DNA of 29,455 bases from Actinomycetota bacterium (GTDB lineage: Bacteria; Actinomycetota; Geothermincolia; Fen-727; Anoxymicrobiaceae): contig PMJJ01000117.1 in NCBI GenBank assembly GCA_003157385.1, forward strand, positions 1 to 29,455. Reading direction: 5' to 3'. Positions 16,664 to 25,343 of the stretch are shown here, piece by piece (the stretch's first letter is position 1; every line of letters begins with the position of its first letter). The notes below the pieces were generated by a model that worked only from the letters and a program-made list of their open reading frames with translations, was not told the origin of the DNA and searched no databases. The translations under genes were made by a program, and so were the position numbers.

Positions 16664-17608
16664 TCACGTGAGCCTGGTCAGGGGATAGTCGCGCGCCAGG
16701 TTCTCCAGGTCGTTGAGGACATAGGCGAAGGCCATCCACGACCACTTGCCCCAGCGCCTGGCGATGATGCCGTTGACCGCGTCGATCTCCGCGCGCGGGT
16801 TCTCGGGGGTCTTACCCAGCAGCAGCTCGCTCATGACAATCACGCTCCAGGCGTCGATGGGCGCCAAGCGGCCGAGGATTATCCCCGCCGAGTAGCGACC
16901 TATCCCGGGAATCTCCATCACCTCCTCAACCGCCTCTTCGTCGGACAAAGCGTCCAGCTCGCGGATGCTCAAAGGGTTGTCGGCAAGATACTTTGCCGCC
17001 GCGGACAACCTGTCCGCCCTGTAGCCCATATTCGCTTTCTCCCGCAGATCGGCGGGGGCCAGCCGGGCGACTTTCTCAGGGCTCGGCCAGAGGATCATCT
17101 CCCGTCCCTCGAACCGTACCCGCGTGCCATACAGCCGCAGCACGGCGTCCATCATCTGCCGGCTGCGGCTCAGCTGCGCCATCTGCAGGGAGATCGCCAG
17201 GATCACCCGGCCGAAGATCTCGTCCATCCGGGACACGCGCATGCCGAAAAGATCTCTCACCGTGCGCCGGAGCACGTCGTCCTTGCGCGCGAACCGGTAG
17301 AAACCGTCGAGGTCGTTGCTCTTGCCCAGGCCGAACTCGAGGGCGCTTCGCACGTCCAGGCGAGCCGGGTCGGGCAGCTCCTGGCGCGTGTAGACGGCGG
17401 CCGCCACGTGTCCCGACGAAGCCGATGAGAGCTTGAGCCCCACCGGCCTGCCGCCGAGATTCGCCGCGGTCCATATCGCCGAGTCCTCGAAGACCTCGGT
17501 GGGGATAGACCAGTCCCACCCCGCCGGCTTCGCGACCGTCAGCGCGAAGTCGAACGGCTCCGGGATCGTCAGCTTGAGCCGCGTGACGCGTTCCAGTTTG
17601 ATTGCCAT
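16664..17608 (-). CDS. DNA-3-methyladenine glycosylase II-like HhH-GPD superfamily protein (AlkA-like)
   Basis: The helix-hairpin-helix element is EVMEIPGIGRYSAGIIL. A conserved Asp region (VLNDLE) follows it. The size matches AlkA. The start is placed at the ATG at 17608 (MAIKLERV...); the upstream 24 codons to 17680 are possible. Confidence 0.7.
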   Translation of the reverse strand: MAIKLERVTRLKLTIPEPFDFALTVAKPAGWDWSIPTEVFEDSAIWTAANLGGRPVGLKLSSASSGHVAAAVYTRQELPDPARLDVRSALEFGLGKSNDLDGFYRFARKDDVLRRTVRDLFGMRVSRMDEIFGRVILAISLQMAQLSRSRQMMDAVLRLYGTRVRFEGREMILWPSPEKVARLAPADLREKANMGYRADRLSAAAKYLADNPLSIRELDALSDEEAVEEVMEIPGIGRYSAGIILGRLAPIDAWSVIVMSELLLGKTPENPRAEIDAVNGIIARRWGKWSWMAFAYVLNDLENLARDYPLTRLT

Positions 17609-17736
17609 GCTGACTATTACAACACCGCCAGGGCAACGCCTCCACGCAGGCACGGCCTCCCGGTCATTTGTGGCCGGCACGGTAATGTTATTTAATCTGG
17701 AAAAATGTGTTGCCGCTCATTCGTGCAGGAGGATCG

Positions 17737-19326
17737 ATGGAAATAGGCAGATTCGACAGAGATCTGGACAGGCTGTTCGACCCGCGCTCCATCGCGGTCG
17801 TCGGCGCGTCAAACGTCCTCGGCAAGTGGGGGCTGACGATGTCCATGAACATCATCGGTGGCGGGTACGACGGCCGCCTCTACATGGTCAACCCCCACGA
17901 GAAGAGCATCCTCGGCCACCCGACCTATCCGACTCTCTCGGCCATCGAGGAGCCGGTGGACGTGGCGATCGTAGCGATCCCGGCCAAGAAAGTGATGGCC
18001 GTGCTCGAGGAGGCTATTGCCAAAGGGATCATGAACCTGGTGGTCGTCTCCTCCAACTTCAGCGAGGTCTCGGGCGAAGGGACGGAGCTCGAGCTCGAGC
18101 TGGCACGCCGGGCAAACGCCGGCGGCGTCACCATAGTGGGGCCCAACACCATGGGTCTCTACAGCGCCAGCTCTTCTCTCTGCGCGGTGGGGACCTTCGT
18201 CTATCCCTTGAAAGGCCACGTGGGCTTCATCTCACAGAGCGGCAACCTCGGTGTCCAACTGCTGGAGTGGGGCGAGGCGCGGGGGGTCGGATTCAGCCGT
18301 TTCGTCGGCAGCGGCAACGAGGCCAACACCGGGATGGCCGAGTTCCTCGACTACCTTGGGTCAGACCCCGAGACCGAGGCGATCGCTCTCTACATGGAAG
18401 GCCTGGAGGACGGCAGGCGGTTCCTCGAGGTCGCTCGCAGGGTCACCCGCAGCAAGCCGGTCATCGTGCTCAAGGGCGGGCGTGGCAAGCAGGGAAGCCG
18501 TGCGGCGCTTTCACACTCGGGGTCTCTCGCCGGCGAGAACGACCTGTTCGAAGGCCTGTTCGAGCAGGCGGGCATCGTGACGACCGATACCTCCGAGGAG
18601 TTCATCGACCTCGTCACGGCGTTCTCCTCGTTGCCGGTGCCGCGTGGCGGAAAGGTGGCGATCGTCACCATGGGTGGCGGCTGGGGCGTGGTCGCGGCCG
18701 ACGCCTGCGACCGCGAAGGTGTCGAGCTGGCAACCCTGCCCCAGGGCCTCCTCGACGAGCTCGACACTTTCCTGCCGCAGTTCTGGAGTCATGGAAACCC
18801 GGTCGACCTGGTGGGCGGCCTCAGGCGGGCAAACCACTTCAGGGCGATCGACGCGGTCACGCGCAGCGAATCGGTGGACATGGTGATACTGATGGGCGCG
18901 ATGCTCGGCAAACAGTTCTTCATGCACAATCTTGTGTACACTGTCGTCCGCCCGCTTTACCGGATGCTGACTCACAACATATGCAGGCTGCCCGCCTTCC
19001 TGCTGTCGTTCTGGAAGGGCTTCTCCAGGTCTGTCTCCAGCAGGAACGAGGCGAACCCGGAAGGCTCGGCCGGAATTAACCCGGCGGAGGCATGGGAGTG
19101 GACGGACTCCGCGTTGATCAGTCACCTCGAGAACCTGATAGCCGAGACCGGCAAACCCATAATCGCAGTGGCGATGAGCGAGCAGCAGAAGAGCACCTCC
19201 AGCCGCCTGGAGATGCACGGCATCCTCACCACGCCGACCCCGGAGCGGGCCGTGTACGCGGCCGCCAAGCTCTCGAGATACCGCGACTACCTGTTCGGCC
19301 TCCAATCCGGCGCTTCTTTGAAGTAA
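17737..19326 (+). CDS. CoA-binding acyl-CoA synthetase (NDP-forming) alpha-domain protein (succinyl-CoA synthetase alpha-like fold)
   Basis: SIAVVGAS...KWG is the N-terminal CoA-binding Rossmann segment. GPNTMGLYS and ISQSGNLG are ligase-CoA motifs. The ATG at 17737 has AGGAGG 4 nt upstream. No ATP-grasp beta domain is present in the ORF or next to it. Confidence 0.75.
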   Translation: MEIGRFDRDLDRLFDPRSIAVVGASNVLGKWGLTMSMNIIGGGYDGRLYMVNPHEKSILGHPTYPTLSAIEEPVDVAIVAIPAKKVMAVLEEAIAKGIMNLVVVSSNFSEVSGEGTELELELARRANAGGVTIVGPNTMGLYSASSSLCAVGTFVYPLKGHVGFISQSGNLGVQLLEWGEARGVGFSRFVGSGNEANTGMAEFLDYLGSDPETEAIALYMEGLEDGRRFLEVARRVTRSKPVIVLKGGRGKQGSRAALSHSGSLAGENDLFEGLFEQAGIVTTDTSEEFIDLVTAFSSLPVPRGGKVAIVTMGGGWGVVAADACDREGVELATLPQGLLDELDTFLPQFWSHGNPVDLVGGLRRANHFRAIDAVTRSESVDMVILMGAMLGKQFFMHNLVYTVVRPLYRMLTHNICRLPAFLLSFWKGFSRSVSSRNEANPEGSAGINPAEAWEWTDSALISHLENLIAETGKPIIAVAMSEQQKSTSSRLEMHGILTTPTPERAVYAAAKLSRYRDYLFGLQSGASLK

Positions 19327-19381
19327 GGCAAGGGGATTTCGCGCTCCTCCCTAGAAGATGTCCGTGACGAAAGGAGGAGCG

Positions 19382-19585
19382 ATGCCAAATGTAGAGGTCA
19401 GCGGCCCGCCCCTGAGCGATGAGAAGAAGCGCGAGATGGCCCTGGAGATGACCGAGTGCGCGGCCCGCGGGTACGGGCTGCCCAAGCAGGCGATCGTGGT
19501 AGTCATAACGGAACACCCGCCGCAGAACGTGTGTGTCGCCGGCCGGATGGTCTGTGACGACCGCGCCGTCCTGACCGAGGATTGA
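19382..19585 (+). CDS. 4-oxalocrotonate tautomerase family protein
   Basis: 67 aa starting MPNVEV with the catalytic Pro1 after Met, ~65 aa long, and carrying the VVVITEHP segment. AGGAGG lies 4 nt upstream of the ATG at 19382. It is 55 nt downstream of the previous gene. Confidence 0.75.
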   Translation: MPNVEVSGPPLSDEKKREMALEMTECAARGYGLPKQAIVVVITEHPPQNVCVAGRMVCDDRAVLTED

Positions 19586-19632
19586 CCGCCGTCTCGACCA
19601 GTAACCAGATGCTGAAACAAACCTGAACCGGT

Positions 19633-19663
19633 CCGCGCGCGTCAGTAGTTAAGACTCGCGCGG
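19633..19663 (+). terminator. GC-rich hairpin downstream of the tautomerase gene (7-bp stem, 17-nt loop), weak terminator candidate
   Basis: ccgcgcg...cgcgcgg. There is no U-run. It is followed 20 nt later by TGGTATAAT (an extended -10-like sequence) at 19684-19692. Confidence 0.25.
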
Positions 19664-19832
19664 TGCCGGACGACCGCCAGGTTTGGTATAATTTTCCAAC
19701 AACTCGCGGCCGTTCGAGAATGTGCCGCCGCGCGATTCTCAGGGCGCCTGTGTGCGTGCGGAAGGTCACAGGCGGGCGGGCCGCAGAACAATTGAGAGAG
19801 AAACGCTCTACAGGCATCGGGACTGGTGGTAG

Positions 19833-21011
19833 TTGAGGTACTTCTTCAGGGACATATGGACAACCATGGGAGACTGGGGCAGCGAAGCCTGGGATTGGAC
19901 CAGGGATAAGCTGCCCATCTGGGGCTTCCCCGCCCTTCTCATCCTCGTCGGCGTCATATTCCTCACCGTCCAGGTGGTCGCCGCCGACAAGGGGCCCGCG
20001 AAGGCGCAGCACCAGTGGAAGGCCGAGTGGAACGAGACAGTCGACGTGGAACAGTCTCCCGTGGAGCAGGTAACCACACCCACGGCTGTCGCTTCCGAGC
20101 CGACGAGCGCGCCCCTGTTGAAGCTCCCCCCCAGTCAGAGCCTCGCCGCCACAGCCGAACCTTCAGACGCCTCGACCGCAGCGCTCAGCAACGGGACCAG
20201 CGTGCCCAGCGCAGACGCCACCTTCGTCTTCAAGTGCTACGGGCGGGCGCACGGGGTCGGGATGTGCATGGACGGAGTCCACTACAGAGCGCTTGACGGC
20301 CAGAGCTACAAGACGATACTCAACTACTACTACACCGGCATCTCGTTCTCCAAGATCGACGACAGCCGGCAGGTCAGGATCATGGGGCACGACGGGCAGA
20401 TACGGACCTGGAGCATGCACGATTACCTGCAGCACCTCCAGGAAGAGCCCAACGACTCGCCGATGGAGGAGCTCAAGTGCCTCTATGTGGCCGCGCGCAC
20501 TTACGCTCTCTCGTGCATCGCCCGCAACAAGCACACTGCCCAGGGGTACGACCTCTGCTCCAGCGGCGATTGCTGCCAGGCCTGCGACGAGAACAAGAAC
20601 GTCGCGGCCTACCCCAACAACAACAAGGCCATCGAAGAGACCGCCGGTGAGATCATGACCTACAACGGACAGCCGATCATCGCGGCCTATTGCGGCTCCT
20701 GCGGCGGCCACACTGACAACAACGAGGATGTCTGGGGCGGAGCGGCGATCCCTTACCTGCGGGGCAGGCCGGACTCCTACTGCTCCAAGTCGCCGAGGTA
20801 CATCACGGTCAAGGAGATGTCGGTGCGGGAGTTCCAGGGCAAGTTCGGCGTGGGAGATCTGAAGCTCGTCGACCTCTCCGACCGGACTCCCGGCGGCAGG
20901 GTCAAGAACGCCAGGATAGTGGGGTCGGCAGGGACCAAGTCCATCACCGGCGCGGCGCTGGAGCAGATGCTCGGCTTCCGAGGCCTTCGTATCGAGTACA
21001 GTTTCAGGTAG
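19833..21011 (+). CDS. SpoIID/LytB domain protein (peptidoglycan lytic transglycosylase / amidase-enhancer family), membrane anchored
   Basis: It has an N-terminal TM (FPALLILVGVIFLTV) and then an Ala/Ser/Thr/Pro-rich linker. The SpoIID-type blocks are CYGRAHGVGMCMDG, YVAARTYAL, DLCSSGDCCQAC and AAYCGSCGGHT. The start is either the TTG at 19833 or the ATG at 19866. Confidence 0.8.
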   Translation: MRYFFRDIWTTMGDWGSEAWDWTRDKLPIWGFPALLILVGVIFLTVQVVAADKGPAKAQHQWKAEWNETVDVEQSPVEQVTTPTAVASEPTSAPLLKLPPSQSLAATAEPSDASTAALSNGTSVPSADATFVFKCYGRAHGVGMCMDGVHYRALDGQSYKTILNYYYTGISFSKIDDSRQVRIMGHDGQIRTWSMHDYLQHLQEEPNDSPMEELKCLYVAARTYALSCIARNKHTAQGYDLCSSGDCCQACDENKNVAAYPNNNKAIEETAGEIMTYNGQPIIAAYCGSCGGHTDNNEDVWGGAAIPYLRGRPDSYCSKSPRYITVKEMSVREFQGKFGVGDLKLVDLSDRTPGGRVKNARIVGSAGTKSITGAALEQMLGFRGLRIEYSFR

Positions 21012-21034
21012 CGCCCGAGAAGGCGTGACGTTAC

Positions 21035-21241
21035 GTGGACGATCTTAACTCACTCCCCGGCTCACGCGCGGACTGCCCCTGCACCAAGAAGAAATGCGAG
21101 AGACATGGGCTCTGTGTCGGGTGCCATGGTTATCACTCGGAAGGCAAGCACCTTCCCTACTGCCTCCGAAAAGACCTTCCGGGCGACTTCGCGTGGGGCT
21201 CGTTCACACGGACGGAGCCCCGCAAGACAAAGCGCCCCTGA
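21035..21241 (+). CDS. Small cysteine-rich protein (7 Cys in 68 aa; CPC / C-x4-C / C-x2-C pattern), putative metal-binding
   Basis: It has a GTG start and no in-frame ATG. The Cys-rich core is DCPCTKKKCERHGLCVGCHGYHSEGKHLPYC. It lies 23 nt after the SpoIID-like gene on the same strand. The SD is weak. The 21062..21256 ORF on the opposite strand is rejected. Confidence 0.45.
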   Translation: MDDLNSLPGSRADCPCTKKKCERHGLCVGCHGYHSEGKHLPYCLRKDLPGDFAWGSFTRTEPRKTKRP

Positions 21242-21416
21242 AGACGCGTAAGCCACTGACGCCTATGTTACCACGCGCCGGTAGCTCGCTTCGGTTTTGC
21301 ACTTCCCTCATGCCACCTCCTATCGACTGACTCTCCGAGACCGGCAGGAGTCCGGCACTCGCAGGTGAAGAAGACGCCATCAGGATGCCGGGGGATCGCC
21401 AGTTGGAGGAGGGGCC

Positions 21417-21839
21417 ATGCAAGTAATGGAAGTGATGTCGAGGAAGGTCGCGACCGTCGATGCCGACGCGAACCTCGGTCAGGCGGCGGCGGAGATGCAG
21501 GACAAGAACGTCGGCATCCTGCCGGTCCTAGACGGCGACAGCGTCGCGGGGGTCGTTACCGACCGCGACCTGGTTGTGCGGGGGATCGCTCAGCACCTCG
21601 ACCCGGAGAGCACGAAGGTCCGTGACGTCATGTCCACCGACCCGGTCATAGTCCACATGGACGCGCCGGTCGAACAGGCGGCCCACGTCCTTGCCGAGCG
21701 CAAGATCGGACGGGCGCTGGTGGTGGACGACAGCAGCCAGGTCGTGGGGCTGCTGTCAATGGCCGATATCGCTCTCGCCGCCGACGACAAAGAGATGGTG
21801 GGCGACCTCCTCAAGCACGTAAGCGAAAGGTACTTCTAG
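21417..21839 (+). CDS. CBS domain pair protein
   Basis: Two CBS motifs: VATVDADANLGQAAAEMQDKNVGILPV, and VIVHMDAPVEQAAHVLAERKIGRALVVD. A GGAGGAGG SD lies 4 nt upstream of the ATG. Confidence 0.85.
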   Translation: MQVMEVMSRKVATVDADANLGQAAAEMQDKNVGILPVLDGDSVAGVVTDRDLVVRGIAQHLDPESTKVRDVMSTDPVIVHMDAPVEQAAHVLAERKIGRALVVDDSSQVVGLLSMADIALAADDKEMVGDLLKHVSERYF

Positions 21840-21979
21840 CAGACCTTCCGGTCCCGGTTGCGTTTTCGCTGCAGAGGTGGAGCGGGCCGCGCCTCGGACG
21901 CGCCCTGCGCTTCAGCACTCTCGTGGTGGTGCCGATTCATGAGACTGTGACCTTCATCACTACTCCAAGGAGTCTTGAA

Positions 21980-22750
21980 ATGCGCAGATCTCTGCTCGCC
22001 GTCGCCATTGTCTCCATCCTGCTGGCTCTGCTGTTCGTCATGCCGCTGGCAGGCTGCGGCACGACCGGCAGCGCAGGGACCTCGGAGGCCCAGAGCTCGC
22101 CGCTGTATAAGCCCGTCTTCATGGCCGCATCTTCAAAAGTGACGGAAACGTCGGGGCAGGACTTCACCCGGGAGCTCTTTCGCGAGGCTCTGGCATACGA
22201 ACCACTGCTTGACGACCCCGGCACCCAGATCAGCATGGGCTTCTGGTCGGCCGCGGGCAACCACGGCAGCCTGGTCAGAGTCCTCGACACCATCAACTCG
22301 ACCACCACCTCTCCCCAAAAAGCGATCTGGGACGAGGGGGCGACTTCCTCCAACCAGTACCCCGAATACCTCGACATGCTCGAAGAACACTGGTACGAGC
22401 GAGCCAGCCCCAAGGCCGGCAAGGTGACGATCTATGGCAAGAAGTACACGGACCCCAGCCCGGTCTCGTTGGATGAGGCCAATAAGATCTGGGGCCAGTA
22501 CTCTCAGAGGTACACCGACATGGCGGGGCTTATCAAGAAGGCCACCGGAAAGCCGGTGGAGGCTTGGTGTTTTGTCCAGGGTGCGAAGGCCGGCCGCATC
22601 TTCGCCGCCTACGAGCTTCCCGAGCTCAGCCGGCTCGAAAAGAGCGGAGACGTACAGGTCTTCTTCGCCAAGACCCCCGACGCGAACCCGGCCAATCCCG
22701 CCGACTGGGCCCAGGGCACCGCGAACGCGCCGGCGCTTTTGCCGCAGTGA
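21980..22750 (+). CDS. Lipoprotein of unknown function (signal peptide with lipobox LAGC)
   Basis: MRRSLLAVAIVSILLALLFVMPLAGCGTTGS is a type II signal peptide with Cys+1. The ATG at 21980 has AAGGAG 7 nt upstream. The track start at 21923 is rejected. Confidence 0.7.
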   Translation: MRRSLLAVAIVSILLALLFVMPLAGCGTTGSAGTSEAQSSPLYKPVFMAASSKVTETSGQDFTRELFREALAYEPLLDDPGTQISMGFWSAAGNHGSLVRVLDTINSTTTSPQKAIWDEGATSSNQYPEYLDMLEEHWYERASPKAGKVTIYGKKYTDPSPVSLDEANKIWGQYSQRYTDMAGLIKKATGKPVEAWCFVQGAKAGRIFAAYELPELSRLEKSGDVQVFFAKTPDANPANPADWAQGTANAPALLPQ

Positions 22751-22798
22751 GTCGGATGGTTGTGAACGCTTGAGGATGATCACCGGGTCTTAGCCCTG

Positions 22799-23182
22799 TC
22801 ACCTGTTGTTGGGGATCAACTTCGTGACGTGCTGTATGAGCCTTTTCATCTCGACAGGCTTGGTGAGATAGAGGTCGGCGCCGAAAGCCATCATCTTCGC
22901 CTTGGTCTCTGCGCTGTGGTATCCGGTAAGCGCTATTATCGGAATTGGCTTGAGGCCCATCTTCGCGCGCATCGTGCTGCATACTTCCGCGCCATCCATC
23001 TTGGGCATGTTGACGTCGAGGATCACGGCGTCAGGCAGCCGGGCATCGAAGGCCTTCAGGGCTTTCTTGCCACTGGTCACTCCGACGACCTCCATCCCGG
23101 CGTTCGAGAAGTACAGGCTCAGCACCTTGATGTAGTCAGCCTCGTCATCCACTATCAGAACGAGCTTCTTGTCCTCTGCCAT
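22799..23182 (-). CDS. Single-domain response regulator (CheY-like receiver)
   Basis: 127 aa. LVLIVDDE is the acidic pocket. ILDVNMPKMDG is the phospho-acceptor Asp. ALTG and LTKP are the conserved Thr and Lys. There is no output domain. Confidence 0.9.
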   Translation of the reverse strand: MAEDKKLVLIVDDEADYIKVLSLYFSNAGMEVVGVTSGKKALKAFDARLPDAVILDVNMPKMDGAEVCSTMRAKMGLKPIPIIALTGYHSAETKAKMMAFGADLYLTKPVEMKRLIQHVTKLIPNNR

Positions 23183-23469
23183 CTCCTACCTTCCTCTAGG
23201 GCCGCCCAAGGCTCCTGCCGGTAGCCTTGATCAGGGCGATGTAACACATGAGACACCCAGCCGGGGTAGTTCTAACCTCGTACAACTTTAGCGGCAACAG
23301 CATGACTTGCCAATAGCGCTGTGGAGTGATTTTGGCAGGGGCAGCTTCCGGCCACCATTCGTGTCTCAACCCGCTCTCAATGCGGAGTGAGGCAGGGGAT
23401 ACAGCCCCCGGGACGAACAACGCGGATAGCCCGTTCCGCGTTCACAACCCGTGAAAGGAGGGGAACGCC

Positions 23470-24420
23470 ATGTCCGCTTCCAGCATCCACGACGAATGGC
23501 CTGAGCTATCCTATCCGGAATGGGAGGCAACCCAGAAGACGCTCCAGCTCTACACCCAGATCGCCGGCAAGACAAGGCTTTGCCTGAACAACCCGAAACC
23601 GCAGTGGGTGGGGGCATCCCTGCTCCTCACCGCGCGCGGTCTCACCACCACACCGATGCCGCACGGCGCGGAGTCAGTGGAGGTCGTCTTCGACTTCTAT
23701 GACGATTCCATATCGATAAACACCAGCGGCGGCGGGTCGGGGAAGATCGCACTGGTGCCCGCGAAGTGCGTGGCCGACGTCTACGAGCAGTATATGAGCG
23801 CTCTTTCGGACCTCGGTGTCCACGTCAAGATATGGACCAGGCCGCAGGAGGTCGATGACGACACGCCACTGGACCAGGACAGGCACCACTGCACTTACGA
23901 CCCTGAACACGCCCGCAGGTTCTTCCGCGTGCTCACCGCGGTCGCGAACGTCTTCGAGGAATGGCATTCCAGGTTCTTCGGCAGGACCAGCGTGCAGTTC
24001 TGGTGGGGAAGCTTCGACCTCTCCGTGCTGGCCTTCAGCGGCAAGCAGTCCACGCCCCCACCCGGCGCGAATTACATCATGCGATACGACCTCGACGCCG
24101 AGCACCTGGCGTGCGGGTTCTGGCCCGGCGGCGACGCCTCCCCCGAACCGATGTTCTATGCCTACATGTACCCGCAGCCGCCGGGGTGTGAGAACGCCGA
24201 GATCAAGCCGGCCGCGGCCGGCTGGGTCAAGGACCTGGGCGAGTGGGTGCTCCCGTATGAGGAAGTGCGGCGCTCGGCAAACCCGCGACTTCAGATACTC
24301 GAGTTCCTCGCCAGCGCGTACGATATCGCGGGGAGCATGGGTGGGTGGGACCTGGAGTCGTTCTCCTATTCTCCCCCGCCGGTGAGGACCCGCAGCATCG
24401 AAGCGGTTTCCCCGAGGTGA
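23470..24420 (+). CDS. Hypothetical protein (316 aa), no family recognised
   Basis: Clean ORF with an AGGAGG SD upstream of the ATG. It is divergent from the response-regulator gene across a 287-bp intergenic region. Its composition is typical of local genes. Confidence 0.65.
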   Translation: MSASSIHDEWPELSYPEWEATQKTLQLYTQIAGKTRLCLNNPKPQWVGASLLLTARGLTTTPMPHGAESVEVVFDFYDDSISINTSGGGSGKIALVPAKCVADVYEQYMSALSDLGVHVKIWTRPQEVDDDTPLDQDRHHCTYDPEHARRFFRVLTAVANVFEEWHSRFFGRTSVQFWWGSFDLSVLAFSGKQSTPPPGANYIMRYDLDAEHLACGFWPGGDASPEPMFYAYMYPQPPGCENAEIKPAAAGWVKDLGEWVLPYEEVRRSANPRLQILEFLASAYDIAGSMGGWDLESFSYSPPPVRTRSIEAVSPR

Positions 24421-24538
24421 CCTGCCAGCCTGCTGAGCCCGGCCTTCCGGCCAGGGGCGCGTGCGGTTTATAATCCTTTCGCCCGGCAAAACGGGCTGTA
24501 GAGTCAACGGCCGGCAGGACCGGACAAAGGGGGATACG

Positions 24539-24799
24539 ATGACGGATGCGGCAGGTTCCTTCGAGCAAGGCGTTTCACTCCAGGACGAGTCGCGCTTCGA
24601 GGACGCCATCGAGGCTTTCGACAAGGCGATCGAGGAGGATCCCAAGAGCGGTGTTGCCTGGTACCGCAAGGCGGTGTGCCTGACCGAGCTCGAACGATAC
24701 AGCGAAGCAATGGAGTGCGTCGGCACGGCGATCGCGATAGATCCCAGGGACCTGAACGCTCTCAAGCTGAAGTTCGGCCTGGCCGGTAAGATCCGCTGA
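24539..24799 (+). CDS. Small TPR-repeat protein
   Basis: FEDAIEAFDKAIEEDPKSGVAWYRKAVCLTELERYSEAMECVGTAIAIDP forms two TPR-like helices-pairs. The ATG at 24539 has AAGGGGG 5 nt upstream. Confidence 0.65.
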   Translation: MTDAAGSFEQGVSLQDESRFEDAIEAFDKAIEEDPKSGVAWYRKAVCLTELERYSEAMECVGTAIAIDPRDLNALKLKFGLAGKIR

Positions 24800-24829
24800 G
24801 ACCTTAGTCCACGGCCGCGGTCAGCTCGA

Positions 24830-25132
24830 CTAGGCCTTCTTCGCTGAAGCTTTCTTTGCGGAAGATTTCTTGGCGCGCTTCTTGCCCGCGGCTTTCTTGG
24901 AAGCAGCCTTCCTGGCCGTAGATTTCTTTCCGGGCGGGCGGCCGGGCTTCTTCCTGGCAGGCGCGGCGCCAGCCCAGGACTCGAGCTTCTCCACTCGTTT
25001 CTCCAGGCCTGCGATGTCCTCCCTGGTCGCCAGGCCCATCGAGTCGAGAACCCTTTTCACGCCCTGGTCGATTGCCACAGCGATCGCGTCCGCGGTGCCT
25101 TTCATCTGCGGCACCCTCTTCGCCTTCGCCAT
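24830..25132 (-). CDS. Phasin-family / histone H1-like protein with a Lys/Ala-rich C-terminal tail
   Basis: The N-terminal helical segment DQGVKRVLDSMGLATREDIAGLEKRVEKLE resembles the phasin (PHA-granule-associated) family. The C-terminus has KKAA/AKKA repeats. An AGGAGG SD lies upstream of the ATG at 25132, with an alternative start at 25135. Confidence 0.5.
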   Translation of the reverse strand: MAKAKRVPQMKGTADAIAVAIDQGVKRVLDSMGLATREDIAGLEKRVEKLESWAGAAPARKKPGRPPGKKSTARKAASKKAAGKKRAKKSSAKKASAKKA

Positions 25133-25343
25133 CATTCTCCTCCTTGTTTTGCGCGACGCCACCGGCCCTGCGGAACCCAACCACTTCCAAAGGTATCACG
25201 AATGTAAATGTTTTGTACTATCCGCCAGCCTCTGCCACCGCCGCACCCGCACGGCAGTGAGCCTGCAGCGGCGAATCTGTTAGATTATTAGAGAGCACCC
25301 GTGATGGCGATACGGCGACGCGTATGTGGAGGAGGAGGTTGTG

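Noticed and set aside
17433-19079. 548-aa plus-strand ORF, with 17076..17645 and 16993..17436, overlapping the glycosylase 5' end and the acyl-CoA synthetase gene
   Set aside because: Different frame from the real 17737..19326 CDS. The product is extremely Arg/Gly-rich (RGRGRR...) with no structure. This is a high-GC artefact.
18511-19305. 264-aa minus-strand ORF antisense to the acyl-CoA synthetase gene
   Set aside because: Antisense shadow ORF. No RBS and low-complexity composition.
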